A stretch of 64,000 nt of DNA from Eledone cirrhosa (taxonomy: Eukaryota), in assembly GCA_964016885.1 (NCBI GenBank), contig OZ024751.1, forward strand, positions 5,456,001 through 5,520,000, in the 5' to 3' direction. Of this stretch, positions 38,301 through 54,567 are shown piece by piece (the stretch's first letter is position 1; every line of letters starts with the position of its first letter). The notes under the pieces are model-generated. The model made no database searches and was not told where the DNA came from. It saw only the letters and a program-made list of their open reading frames with translations. A program made the position numbers and the translations under genes.

Positions 38301-41300
38301 ATACACTATCTTAGTTAGACCTACTGCAATATGCACTATTATAGTTAGACCTAATGTAATACACCCTATCTTAGTTAGACCTACTGTAATATAGTCTACC
38401 ATAGTTAGACCTACTGTAATATACACTATCTTAGTTAGACCTACTGTAATATACACTATGTTAGTTAGACCTACTGTGATATATACTATCTTAGTTAGAC
38501 CTACTGTGATATATGGTATCTTAGTTAGACCGACTGTAATATATTCTATCTTAGTTAGACCGACTGTAATATAGAGTATCATAGTTAGACCTACTGTAAT
38601 ATACGGTATCATAGTTAGACCTACTGTAATATACATTATCTTAGTTAGACCTACTGTAACATACGGTATCGTAGTTAGAACTACTGTAATATACAATATC
38701 TTAGTTAGAGCTACTGTGATATACACTATCTTAGTTAGACCTACTGTGATATACAGTATCTTAGTTAGACCTACTGTAATATAAGGTATCATAATCAGAC
38801 CTACTACAATATACAGTATCTTAGTTAGACCTACTGTGATATACAGTATCTTAGTTAGACCTACTGTAATATAGGGTATCTTAGTTAAACCTACTGTAAT
38901 ATACACTAACTTAGTTAGACCTACTGTAATATGCACTATTACAGTTATACCTACTGTGATATAGACTATCATAGTTAGACCTACTGTGATGTAAACTATC
39001 ATAGTTAGACCCACTGTGATCTAAACTATCATAGTTAGACCTACTGTGATGTAAACTATCATAGTTAGACCTACTCTAATGTAAACTATTCTAGATAGAC
39101 CTACTGTGATCTAAACTATCATAGTTAGACCTACTGTGATGTAAACTAAGTTTGTTAAACCTACTGTGATGTAAACTATCAAAGTTAGACCTACTGTGAT
39201 GTAAACTATCATAGTTAGACCTACTGTGATATAAACGATCATAGTTAGACCTACTGTGATATAGACTATTTTAGTTAGAGCTAACGTGATATACAATATC
39301 TTAGTTAGACCTACTGTGATGTAAACTATCTTAGTTAGACCTACTCTGATATACACTATTTTAGTTAGACCTACTGTAATATGCACTATTATAGTTAGAC
39401 CTACTGTAATATAGTCTATCATAGTTAGACATACTGTGATATAGACTATCATAATTAAACCTACTGTAATATACACTATCTTAGTTAGACCTACTATGAT
39501 ATACACTATCTTAGTTAGACCTACTGTAATATGCACTATCTTAGTTAGACCTACTGTGATATGCAGTATATTAGTTAGACCTACTGTAAAATACAATATT
39601 CTTAGTTATAGCTACTGTAATATACATTATATTAGTTAGACCTACATTAATAGCCAGTATCTTAATTAGACATACTATAATATACAGTATCATAGTTAGA
39701 TCTACTGTAATATAGACTATATTAGTTAGATCTACTGTAATATAGACTATATTAGTTAGATCTACTGTAATATACAGTACCTTAGTTAGACCTACTGTGA
39801 TATACAGTGTCATAATTAGACCTACCGTGATATACACTATCTTAGTTAGACCTACTGTAATATACAGAACCATATTTAGACATACTGCAATATAGAGTAT
39901 CTTAGTTAGAATTAATGTAATACACACTATTTTAGTTAGACCTACTGTGATATAGAATATCATAGTTAGTCCTACTGTGATATAGATTATCATAGTCAGA
40001 CCTACTGTGATATACACCATCTTAGTTAGACCTACTGTTATATACACTATCTTAGTTAGACCTACTGTGATATATACCATCTTAGTTAGACCTACTGTAA
40101 TATAGTGTATCAGAGTTAGACCTACTGTAATATACAGTATCTTAGTTAGACCTACTGTAATATACAGCTTCATAGTTATACCTATAGTAATATGCAGTAT
40201 TTTAGTTAGACCTACTGCAATATACACTAATTTAGTTAGACCTACTGTGATATACACCATCTTAGTTAGACCTACTGTTATATACACTATCTTAGTTAGA
40301 CCTACTGTGATATATACTATCTTAGTTAGACCTACTGTAATATAGTGTATCAGAGTTAGACCTACTGTAATATACAGTATCTTAGTTAGACCTACTGTAA
40401 TATACAGCATCATAGTTAGACCTATAGTAATATGCAGTATTTTAGTTAGACCTACTGCAATATACACTAATTTAGTTAGACCTACTGTGATATAGACTAT
40501 ATTAGTTAGACCTACTGTGATATACACTATCACAGTTCGACGTACTGTGATATATATTATCATAGTCAGACCTACTGTGACATACACTATATTAGTTCGA
40601 CATACTGTGATATAGATTATCATAGTCAGACTTACTGTGACATACACTATCTTAGTTAGACCTACTGTGATATATACTATCTTAGTTAGACCTACTGTAA
40701 TATAGAGCATCATAGTTAGACCTACTGTAATATACATTATCTTAGTTAGACCTTCTGTGATATACCGTATCTTAGACATACTGTAATATATATAACCATA
40801 GTTGGACCTACTGTAATATGCACTATCTTAGTTAGACCTACTGTGATATACAGTATCTTAGATAGACCTACTGTGATATAACGTATCATAGTTAGACGTA
40901 CTGTAATACACACTATCTTAGTTAGACCTACTGTAATATACAGTATCTTAGTTAGACCTTCTGTGATATACACTATCTTAGTTTGACCTACTGTAATATA
41001 CACTATCTTAGTAAGACCTACTGTAATATACACTATTTAGTTAGACCTACTGTAATATGCAGTATCTTAGTTAGACCTACTGTGATATACACTATCTTAG
41101 TTACACCTACTGTGATATACGGTATCTTAGTTAGACCTCCTGTAATATATACTATCTTAGTTAGACCTACTGTAATATACAATATCTTGGTTAGACCTAC
41201 TGTAATATACGGTATCATAGTTAGACCCACTGTAATATACACTATATTAGTTAGACCTACTGCAATATAGAGTATCATAGTTAGACCTACTGTAATATAC

Positions 41301-44300
41301 GGTATCATAGTTAGACCTACTGTAATATACACTATCGTAGTTAGACTTACTGTAATATACAGTATCTTAGTTAGACCGACTGTGATATACACTATCTTAG
41401 TTAGACCTACTGTGATATACAGTATCTTATTTAGACCTACTGTAATATAGAGTATCAGAGTTAGACCTACTGTAATATACAGTATCTTAGTTAGACCTAC
41501 TGTAATATGCAGTATTTTAGTTAGAGCTACTGTAATATACACTAATTTAGTTAGACCTACTGTGATATTCACTATCTTAGTTAGACCTACTGTGATATAC
41601 AGTATCTTACTTAGACATACTGTGATATAGCGTATCTTAGCTAGACCTAATGTAATATACACTATCTTAGTTAGACCTTCTGTAATATACGTTGTCATAG
41701 TTAGACCTACTGGTATGTACACTATCTTCGTTAGACCTACTGTAATATACACTATCATAGTTAGACCTACTGTGATATACAGTATCTCAGTTAGACCTAC
41801 TGTAATATAGACTATATTAGTTAGACCTACTGTGATATACAGTACCATAGTTCGACCTACTGTGATATAGATTATCATAGTCAGACCTACTGTGACATAC
41901 ACTATCTTAGTTAGACCTACTGTGATATATACTATCTTAGTTAGACCTACTGTAATATAGAGCATCATAGTTAGACCTACTGTAATATACATTATCTTAG
42001 TTAGACCTTCTGTGATATACCGTATCTTAGACATACTGTAATATATATAACCATAGTTGGACCTACTGTAATATGCACTATCTTAGTTAGACCTACTGTG
42101 ATATACAGTATCTTAGATAGACCTACTGTGATATAACGTATCATAGTTAGACGTACTGTAATACACACTATCTTAGTTAGACCTACTGTAATATACAGTA
42201 TCTTAGTTAGACCTACTGTGATATACACTATCTTAGTTTGACCTACTGTAATATACACTATCTTAGTAAGACCTACTGTAATATACACTATTTAGTTAGA
42301 CCTACTGTAATATGCAGTATCTTAGTTAGACCTACTGTGATATACACTATCTTAGTTACACCTACTGTGATATACGGTATCTTAGTTAGACCTACTGTAA
42401 TATATACTATCTTAGTTAGACCTACTGTAATATACAATATCTTAGTTAGACCTACTGTAATATACGGTATCATAGTTAGACCTACTGTAATATACACTAT
42501 ATTAGTTAGACCTACTGCAATATAGAGTATCATAGTTAGACCTACTGTAATATACGGTATCATAGTTAGACCTACTGTAATATACACTATCGTAGTTAGA
42601 CTTACTGTAATATACAGTATCTTAGTTAGACCGACTGTGATATACACTATCTTAGTTAGACCTACTGTGATATACAGTATCTTATTTAGACCTACTGTAA
42701 TATAGGGTATCTTAGTTAGACCTACTGTAATATACAGTATCTTAGTTAGACCTATTGTGATATACAGTATCTTAGTTAGACCTACTGTAATATACACTAT
42801 CTTAGTTAGACCTACTGTAATATACAGTATCTTAGTTAGACCGACTGTGATATACACTATCTTAGTTAGACTTACTGTGATATACAGTATCTTATTTAGA
42901 CCTACTGTAATATAGGGTATCTTAGTTAGACCTACTGTAATATACAGTATCTTAGTTAGACCTATTGTGATATACAGTATCTTAGTTAGACCTACTGTAA
43001 TATACACTATCTTAGTTAGACCTACTGTAATATACAATATCTTGGTTAGACCTACTGTAATATACGGTATCATAGTTAGACCTACTGTAATATACACTAT
43101 ATTAGTTAGACCTACTGTAATATACAGTATCCTAGTTAGACCTACTTTAATATACACTATCTTAGTTAGACCTACTGTAATATACAGTATCTTAGTTAGA
43201 CCTACTGTAATATACGGTATCACAGTTAGACCTACTGTAATATACACTATATTTGTTAGATCTACTGTAATATACAGTATCTTAGTTAGACCTACTGTAA
43301 TATACAGTGTCTTAGTTAGACCTAGTGTAATATACAGTATCTTAGTTAGACCTACTGTAATATACGGTATCATAGTTAGACCTACTGTAATATACGCTAT
43401 CGTTGTTAGACCTACTGTAATATACAGTATCTTAGTTAGTCCTAGTGTGATATACACAATCGTAGTTAGACCTACTGTGATATACAATATCTTAGTTAGA
43501 CCTACTGTGATATACAGTATCTTATTTAGACCTACTGTAATATAGAGTATCAGAGTTAGACCTACTGTAATATACAGTATCTTAGTTAGACCTACTGTAA
43601 TATGCAGTATTTTAGTTAGAGCTACTGTAATATACACTAATTTAGTTAGACCTACTGTGATATTCACTATCTTAGTTAGACCTACTGTGATATACAGTAT
43701 CTTACTTAGACATACTGTGATATACCGTATCTTAGCTAGACCTAATGTAATATACACTATCTTAGTTAGACCTTCTGTAATATACGTTGTCATAGTTAGA
43801 CCTACAGGTATGTACACTATCTTCGTTAGACCTACTGTAATATACACTATCATAGTTAGACCTACTGTGATATACAGTATCTCAGTTAGACCTACTGTAA
43901 TATAGACTATATTAGTTAGACCTACTGTGATATACAGTACCATAGTTCGACCTACTGTGATATAGATTATCATAGTCAGACCTACTGTGACATACACTAT
44001 CTTAGTTAGACCTACTGTGATATATACTATCTTAGTTAGACCTACTGTAATATAGAGCATCATAGTTAGACCTACTGTAATATACGGTATCATAGTTAGA
44101 CCTACTGTAATATACACTATCGTAGTTAGACTTACTGTAATATACAGTATCTTAGTTAGACCGACTGTGATATACACTATCTTAGTTAGACCTACTGTGA
44201 TATACAGTATCTTATTTAGACCTACTGTAATATAGAGTATCAGAGTTAGACCTACTGTAATATACAGTATCTTAGTTAGACCTACTGTAATATGCAGTAT

Positions 44301-47300
44301 TTTAGTTAGAGCTACTGTAATATACACTAATTTAGTTAGACCTACTGTGATATTCACTATCTTAGTTAGACCTACTGTGATATACAGTATCTTACTTAGA
44401 CATACTGTGATATACCGTATCTTAGCTAGACCTAATGTAATATACACTATCTTAGTTAGACCTTCTGTAATATACGTTGTCATAGTTAGACCTACTGGTA
44501 TGTACACTATCTTCGTTAGACCTACTGTAATATACACTATCATAGTTAGACCTACTGTGATATACAGTATCTCAGTTAGACCTACTGTAATATAGACTAT
44601 ATTAGTTAGACCTACTGTGATATACAGTACCATAGTTCGACCTACTGTGATATAGATTATCATAGTCAGACCTACTGTGACATACACTATCTTAGTTAGA
44701 CCTACTGTGATATATACTATCTTAGTTAGACCTACTGTAATATAGAGCATCATAGTTAGACCTACTGTAATATACATTATCTTAGTTAGACCTTCTGTGA
44801 TATACCGTATCTTAGACATACTGTAATATATATAACCATAGTTGGACCTACTGTAATATGCACTATCTTAGTTAGACCTACTGTGATATACAGTATCTTA
44901 GATAGACCTACTGTGATATAACGTATCATAGTTAGACGTACTGTAATACACACTATCTTAGTTAGACCTACTGTAATATACAGTATCTTAGTTAGACCTA
45001 CTGTGATATACACTATCTTAGTTTGACCTACTGTAATATACACTATCTTAGTAAGACCTACTGTAATATACACTATTTAGTTAGACCTACTGTAATATGC
45101 AGTATCTTAGTTAGACCTACTGTGATATACACTATCTTAGTTACACCTACTGTGATATACGGTATCTTAGTTAGACCTACTGTAATATATACTATCTTAG
45201 TTAGACCTACTGTAATATACAATATCTTAGTTAGACCTACTGTAATATACGGTATCATAGTTAGACCTACTGTAATATACACTATATTAGTTAGACCTAC
45301 TGCAATATAGAGTATCATAGTTAGACCTACTGTAATATACGGTATCATAGTTAGACCTACTGTAATATACACTATCGTAGTTAGACTTACTGTTATATAC
45401 AATATCTTGGTTAGACCTACTGTAATATACGGTATCATAGTTAGACCTACTGTAATATACACTATATTAGTTAGACCTACTGTAATATACAGTATCCTAG
45501 TTAGACCTACTTTAATATACACTATCTTAGTTAGACCTACTGTAATATACAGTATCTTAGTTAGACCTACTGTAATATACGGTATCACAGTTAGACCTAC
45601 TGTAATATACACTATATTTGTTAGATCTACTGTAATATACAGTATCTTAGTTAGACCTACTGTAATATACAGTGTCTTAGTTAGACCTAGTGTAATATAC
45701 AGTATCTTAGTTAGACCTACTGTAATATACGGTATCATAGTTAGACCTACTGTAATATACGCTATCGTTGTTAGACCTACTGTAATATACAGTATCTTAG
45801 TTAGGCCTAGTGTGATATACACAATCGTAGTTAGACCTACTGTGATATACAATATCTTAGTTAGACCTACTGTGATATACAGTATCTTATTTAGACCTAC
45901 TGTAATATAGAGTATCAGAGTTAGACCTACTGTAATATACAGTATCTTAGTTAGACCTACTGTAATATGCAGTATTTTAGTTAGAGCTACTGTAATATAC
46001 ACTAATTTAGTTAGACCTACTGTGATATTCACTATCTTAGTTAGACCTACTGTGATATACAGTATCTTACTTAGACATACTGTGATATACCGTATCTTAG
46101 CTAGACCTAATGTAATATACACTATCTTAGTTAGACCTTCTGTAATATACGTTGTCATAGTTAGACCTACTGGTATGTACACTATCTTCGTTAGACCTAC
46201 TGTAATATACACTATCATAGTTAGACCTACTGTGATATACAGTATCTCAGTTAGACCTACTGTAATATAGACTATATTAGTTAGACCTACTGTGATATAC
46301 AGTACCATAGTTCGACCTACTGTGATATAGATTATCATAGTCAGACCTACTGTGACATACACTATCTTAGTTAGACCTACTGTGATATATACTATCTTAG
46401 TTAGACCTACTGTAATATAGAGCATCATAGTTAAACCTACTGTAATATACATTATCTTAGTTAGACCTTCTGTGATATACCGTATCTTAGACATACTGTA
46501 ATATATATAACCATAGTTGGACCTACTGTAATATGCACTATCTTAGTTAGACCTACTGTGATATACAGTATCTTAGATAGACCTACTGTGATATAACGTA
46601 TCATAGTTAGACGTACTGTAATACACACTATCTTAGTTAGACCTACTGTAATATACACTATCTTAGTTTGACCTACTGTAATATACACTATCTTAGTAAG
46701 ACCTACTGTAATATACACTATTTAGTTAGACCTACTGTAATATGCAGTATCTTAGTTAGACCTACTGTGATATACACTATCTTAGTTACACCTACTGTGA
46801 TATACGGTATCTTAGTTAGACCTACTGTAATATATACTATCTTAGTTAGACCTACTGTAATATACAATATCTTAGTTAGACCTACTGTAATATACGGTAT
46901 CATAGTTAGACCTACTGTAATATACACTATATTAGTTAGACCTACTGCAATATAGAGTATCATAGTTAGACCTACTGTAATATACGGTATCATAGTTAGA
47001 CCTACTGTAATATACACTATCGTAGTTAGACTTACTGTAATATACAGTATCTTAGTTAGACCGACTGTGATATACACTATCTTAGTTAGACCTACTGTGA
47101 TATACAGTATCTTATTTAGACCTACTGTAATATAGGGTATCTTAGTTAGACCTACTGTAATATACAGTATCTTAGTTAGACCTGTTGTGATATACAGTAT
47201 CTTAGTTAGACCTACTGTAATATACACTATCTTAGTTAGACCTACTGTAATATACAGTATCTTAGTTAGACCGACTGTGATATACACTATCTTAGTTAGA

Positions 47301-48490
47301 CCTACTGTGATATACAGTATCTTATTTAGACCTACTGTAATATAGGGTATCTTAGTTAGACCTACTGTAATATACAGTATCTTAGTTAGACCTATTGTGA
47401 TATACAGTATCTTAGTTAGACCTACTGTAATATACACTATCTTAGTTAGACCTACTGTAATATACACTATCTTAGTTAGACCTACTGTAATATACAATAT
47501 CTTGGTTAGACCTACTGTAATATACGGTATCATAGTTAGACCTACTGTAATATACACTATATTAGTTAGACCTACTGTAATATACAGTATCCTAGTTAGA
47601 CCTACTTTAATATACACTATTTTAGTTAGACCTACTGTAATATACAGTATCTTAGTTAGACCTACTGTAATATACGGTATCACAGTTAGACCTACTGTAA
47701 TATACACTATATTTGTTAGATGTACTGTAATATACAGTATCTTAGTTAGACCTACTGTAATATACAGTGTCTTAGTTAGACCTAGTGTAATATAGAGTAT
47801 CTTAGTTAGACCTACTGTAATATACGGTATCATAGTTAGACCTACTGTAATATACGCTATCGTTGTTAGACCTACTGTAATATACAGTATCTTAGTTAGG
47901 CCTAGTGTGATATACACAATCGTAGTTAGACCTACTGTGATATACAATATCTTAGTTAGACCTACTGTGATATACACTATCTTAGTTAGACCTACTGTAA
48001 TATACACTATCATAGTTAGACCTACTGTAATATACACTCTATTACTTAGACCTTCTGTAATATAAATTATCTTAGTTAGACCTACTGTAATATACAGTGT
48101 CTTAGTTAGCCCTACTGTAATATACAGTATCTTAGTCAGACCTACTGTAATATACAGTATCTTAGTTAGACCTACTGTAATATACACTATCTTAGTTAGA
48201 CCTACTGTAATATATACTATCTTAGTTAGACCTATGTAATATACAGTATTTTAGTTAGACCTACTGTGATATACAGTATCTTAGTTAGACCTACTGTGAT
48301 ATACAGTATCTTAGTTAGACCTATGTAATATACATTATCTTAGTTAGACCTACTGTAATGTAGACTATCTTAGTTAGACCTACTGTAATATACACTATCT
48401 TAGTTAGACCTACTGTGATATAGACTATCTTCGTTATTCTTCTGCAATATATATTATGTCAGTTAGCCCTTCACTGATATAAACTATCTT
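35347..48490. repeat. ~13.1-kb tandem array of a 30-bp unit (~435-440 copies) with higher-order structure
   Basis: Type A CATAGTTAGACCTACTGTGATGTAAACTAT; type B CTTAGTTAGACCTACTGTAATATACASTAT; degenerate edges. Confidence 0.98.
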
Positions 48491-49219
48491 TTTTCTTCTC
48501 TTCTGATACACTATAACTTAATTTTCCGGAAATCCCTACCACTTTGGTAAAGTTTCCTGACATCAACATTTCATGGGTAGCTAATTCCCCCTCCTCCACC
48601 ACATCCCTGGGTGAAGTTATTGTCATCTATAAGTATTTGTGAGATACCGCTGAAAGAATTCACACCACTAGTTGGAATAGTTCTTCTCTGTAAACAGTGG
48701 GATCACTATAAGATTGATTAATGATATACCAAACCTGCAGGCCTGAATAAATGTTCTATCGTGACCTTAGGGACGTGAAAAAGGAATCGCAGTAGTATTT
48801 CTTCTATTGAAACCACTGTCTGAAGGCCGAATTTTCATTAAAGATTTTACAGCATAATGACATTACAGGAATAATGCATTACAGGAATAATAACCAACGA
48901 CAATCCAACCATTAATCGCAATATATATATGTAGACAGTTAAAAAGATATTAAACATTGCTAACACAGTTTCTAATACATTACTGAATAATCTAAAAGAA
49001 ACAACCATTAAAATAAACATAACGGAACCTTTGTAATAATGTAATATAGCAGAAAAATGACAACTAATAAACCAAATAGTAGAAGGATATTAAGAATATT
49101 GGTTATATTACGTTTGAATTTGTTTCTCTGTGAAGTGATTAAAATTAGTCGTTGTTTAATTTAAGGTCAAAGAATATCACTGTATGAAGCAAATATTAGG
49201 AAAATCTTTGTCACGTTGT

Positions 49220-49475
49220 TTCTTCTTCTTCTTCTTCTTCTTCTTCTTGAGAGGATGATGGGGGAAGGGTCTTCCAACACTCCTTCCAGCAGGTCCTGTC
49301 AGAAGCAACCGTTTCCAACTGATCCGGCTGGATCCCCCAAGTGAGACTAGCCAAGCTCAAGGATGTTATCCAACCATCTTGTTCAGGATCGAACCTTGGG
49401 TCTCTTGCCAGTTGGATTTGCCCGTAAAATTTGTCCAGTGATTCTTTCCTGAGACATTCTAACCACATGCCCCGA
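49220..49475 (-). mobile_element. RTE-like LINE 3' remnant with (GAA)n tail
   Basis: Degenerate GH..R..GRP..W, then LETVASDRTCWK, then a GAA tail. Confidence 0.55.
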
Positions 49476-50311
49476 GCTGTGATCTCTCAATTCGTAGAAG
49501 TAACAGCTCCACCTGGAGTGACTCACTGTTCTCCGAGCTACGCACTCTATCGAGTAATGTTACTCCAAGGATCCTTTGGAGGAACCCAATTTTGGCCGTG
49601 TGTATTCGTGATCGTATTCTTTTGGTCATTAGAAATGGTTAATATATCGGGATTAATATATATATGACATATTAATCAAATGTATTTCGTGTCTTCTTGT
49701 TAACTATTGATGAAGCATAGATGGTTTGGGTTTTTTCATCTCCAATGTTTCATTTCTTAAAATATGATGTGACAATTTATACATTGAATCATTAAGAATA
49801 TTTTAAATTTCCCCAACTACTGATATTAGTCTTTATCTCCCATCAAGTTATGACTTCTAGTTGCTGGCAGATTTAAATTCTGTAATTACTTTGAGGCTTT
49901 CTGTGTGTTTATTCGTTGGAGAAAAAAAATGGAGCATAAATTAAGAGACAAAAAAGCAACAGCACTTCGAGAATAAAAAAAATAAAAAAGACAATATATA
50001 TTCAAATTTGCATAGTAAATTTACACCCCCCCTCCACCCCCCCCCCCAAAAAAAGAAAAGAAAAAAAAGAACGAAGCCTATATACAATTATCAATGATGT
50101 AGCCATTTCCGCTTGGAGCTCATTGGAGGCGATTGTTAAAATTATAGAGAATTATGGGGAATTTATTCTTAAAGCAAACTCCCTGTCTCTGTTTTAATGT
50201 TACCATTTATTTGAGTTTCCAAAACCACTACATCACTTTTCAATTCATTTTATATTTGTGACAGTTATTAACAGAATTTTGCTGCCTGCCATTATCGCAT
50301 ATTCCTGCCCC

Positions 50312-50357
<46 letters not shown>

Positions 50358-50594
50358 GAATGAAAAATGGCGTGCTGCGTTGTTGCGAATATATATATAC
50401 ACACATATATATATTTACAGGCAGTAAACATAATTAGATAGAAATATGAGTGAATGTATGATCAAACGCAAATTAATCGTAATTTGATGGTTAGTATGAG
50501 ATAAGCTCCGTGTTATATTGCATGGCACATATAATTGTCATTCCTATTACACGTGATACATCACAAGTGACGGCCATGTTGATATCAACTGTTG

Positions 50595-50781
50595 TGATGA
50601 TGATGATGATGATGATGATAATGATGATGATGATGATGGTGATGGTGCTGATGGTGATGTAGTGGTGTAGATGACGGTGGTGGTAATGATGGTAAATGAT
50701 AGTGGTGTTGTTGATGATGATGATGCCAATGATGACGATAGGTGATGATGATGATGATGATGATGATGGCGGTGGTGGTGA

Positions 50782-50812
<31 letters not shown>

Positions 50813-51030
50813 AATGAAGATGACAGCTGTAATGATGATGATGATGATGATGATGATGATGGTAATGATGGTGAGGATAATGCCACTGATGATGATGATG
50901 ATGATGATGATGATGTTGATATTGATGATGATGATGATGATGGTGAAGATGATGTTGATGATGTTGACGATGATGGTGATGGTTAAGATGACGACGATGA
51001 CGATGGCAATGGTGACGATGATGATAATAA
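50595..51030. repeat. Degenerate (GAT)n
   Basis: Direct. Confidence 0.95.
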
Positions 51031-51144
51031 TGTTAGTTTAGAAATATTTATTAATGAAATGTATTTCGGAGAACGCTGTCGACACAAATATTGTTGTCAC
51101 ATAGATAACGAATGTAACACATTAACTCCACCCTCACCGTGTCT

Positions 51145-52380
<1,236 letters not shown>

Positions 52381-53256
52381 CAATAAGAAAGCCTGATGAT
52401 TAATGAAACGCAAGTTAATCGCAGAGAGAAAGTTTAATTGCTTGAAAGTTTTAGGGCGGACATAATGGAATTACTGCGGTATTACGATTTAGTTTTTGTT
52501 TTAGTGTTTTCCAATTTATCAAGGGCATTAGTTACATCAGTGATAGGAAATCTCTTCAATTGGAGATCGAAATAAAATGAGGTCGATAAAAAATAACACC
52601 ACTATTATAAGCACTAATGAAAATTAGACATAAATATTTAAATATTACTAGCAAGGAAAACAGTGTTGGACTTAGTAAAATTAACTGCTTGACATCACCA
52701 TCTAATCATATGTGCTTAACTCTTTTGACACTATTTCGCCTGAATCCGGACTTGATCCTCTCATACAAAACCCTGTATTCTAATGTGTTTGTATTTATCT
52801 AAAAGACTTTCAACAGAATTTTATGTAAGTACCTTTGCTAATTTATGTTTCAAACATCAGCTTAATAATGAGATACTGAGTTATATTATCAAATTACCTC
52901 AGATTCGTGTGTATTCTCAGTACTTGTTTTTATTAGAAATATGGTAAGGAAAAAGTTGTTATATCATAGAGCGGTGGATTGGCAGTATCGTAATATATAC
53001 TATGAATAATTAAATATTATATATTTGTTTTATTTTACTATATTTATACATAATATGTATCATTTGATATTTAATATACTAATATATCAACTTGCCGCAG
53101 TATGTAAGCTCGTCTCTGAGGCATATCTGAGGATCTTTCGATTCCAGAGTCAGGTTCGATTAATAATAGATCGTTCATCGAACTGATCGACAGTGAAACA
53201 TATGTAATATGTTATCAAATATGTTATGATGCAATACTGACTCTTTGCTCCTTTAT

Positions 53257-54270
53257 TCTTATACTATATATATATAATATAAAACTCACGGCCGTATGTA
53301 TGTAACAAACTTTTCGCCAAACAGTTGGACCAAACAACACCAAATTTGCACCATAGATGTAACTTTTTCCAAGTAAAAAAGTGAGGGGATTTTTGTCTAC
53401 TGAATTTTGTTAAAAGATTAAAGACATTATTTAAATATTCACTTCTTTTAAATTTCAAATGTCAACACTTCCGGTTATACAATATTCCTCACTCTTTCTT
53501 TGTCTGTCTTTATACATAGATATATAGCTATGACGTCGCACCCTTATCATATGTCTCTGTATGTCTGGCTGTCTGCATTAGATACATAGTTATGACGTCG
53601 CACAACATTCCTCTCTTTTTCTTAGTCTGTCTTTTTAGATTGATACATAGCTATAACGTCACGTCCTTATAATATGTCTCTGTGTGTCTGGTTGTCTGCA
53701 TTAGATAAAGTTTTTCAAAATATATACTTCTGCATTCACAGATTGACTTTTGTAGTTTCAGAAGATCCCGTTAAGGGTAAAAGTAGCGATTCTTTGCTTA
53801 AACTTTAATCTGTTATTTTAATATATATATTCGTGTACAGATATTTTTGCATACACAAAAACAAAATATAAGCAAACCTATTTATTTCACGAAAGCCCAG
53901 ATGGCTTATCGTCATTGTTACTGCCAATATGCCACCCAAAAAGTCCTAGCCTGGCCGCAAGTTCAGATTTTCCGGAAGAAAAATGTTACTAGAGCAAGAC
54001 AGTCTGAAGATGATCATGAACGTCGCCTTCAGCAGATGAGGACTCAAGCGAGAGCCATTCGATCAGCCCAGTCTCAAGAGCAGCGCCAGTCTCGCGTTCA
54101 GCAACTGAGGTCCCGTGCAGAAGGCAGGGGAGCAACACAGACAGAATAAGCCAGATTGTAGCAGGTGAATTCACAAGCTGATTGCATCCACATTACATTA
54201 CAGCATCAGTGTGCCATACAGGTCCTTGCAAAACTGAGTCCGATTTTTTAACTATTCAAACCCAATATCA
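53257..54270 (+). mobile_element. Helitron 5' fragment with RepHel N-terminus
   Basis: Homologous to 25265-25838; ATG 53929 MPPKKS..; R/Q/E-rich RARQSEDDHERRLQQMRTQARAIRSAQSQEQRQSR; contains a piece of repeat R. Confidence 0.8.
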
Positions 54271-54531
54271 GAGCACGTTAATCCCCTCCCTCTCCCTCAC
54301 TGACTTGAGAGGGAGTGCGGTCTATTTGTACTGGAGTGATTTGGAGGATGGGTAAAGGACGTTGGCCAAGGAATTTTAAAGAACAGGAATTCTTTGAAAA
54401 AACTATTTTTAGATACATACACATTAATACAATGAGACAGATAAAAGACAGGGTTCACATTCACACTCAAGTACGCACACACACACGTACATACAAACAC
54501 TCATACACACATACACACATATATATAAATA

Positions 54532-54567
<36 letters not shown>

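Noticed and set aside
35347-48490. CRISPR-like array (constant core plus variable segment)
   Set aside because: Variable parts are near-identical variants rather than unique spacers, the period is only 30 bp, there are no cas genes and the context is eukaryotic
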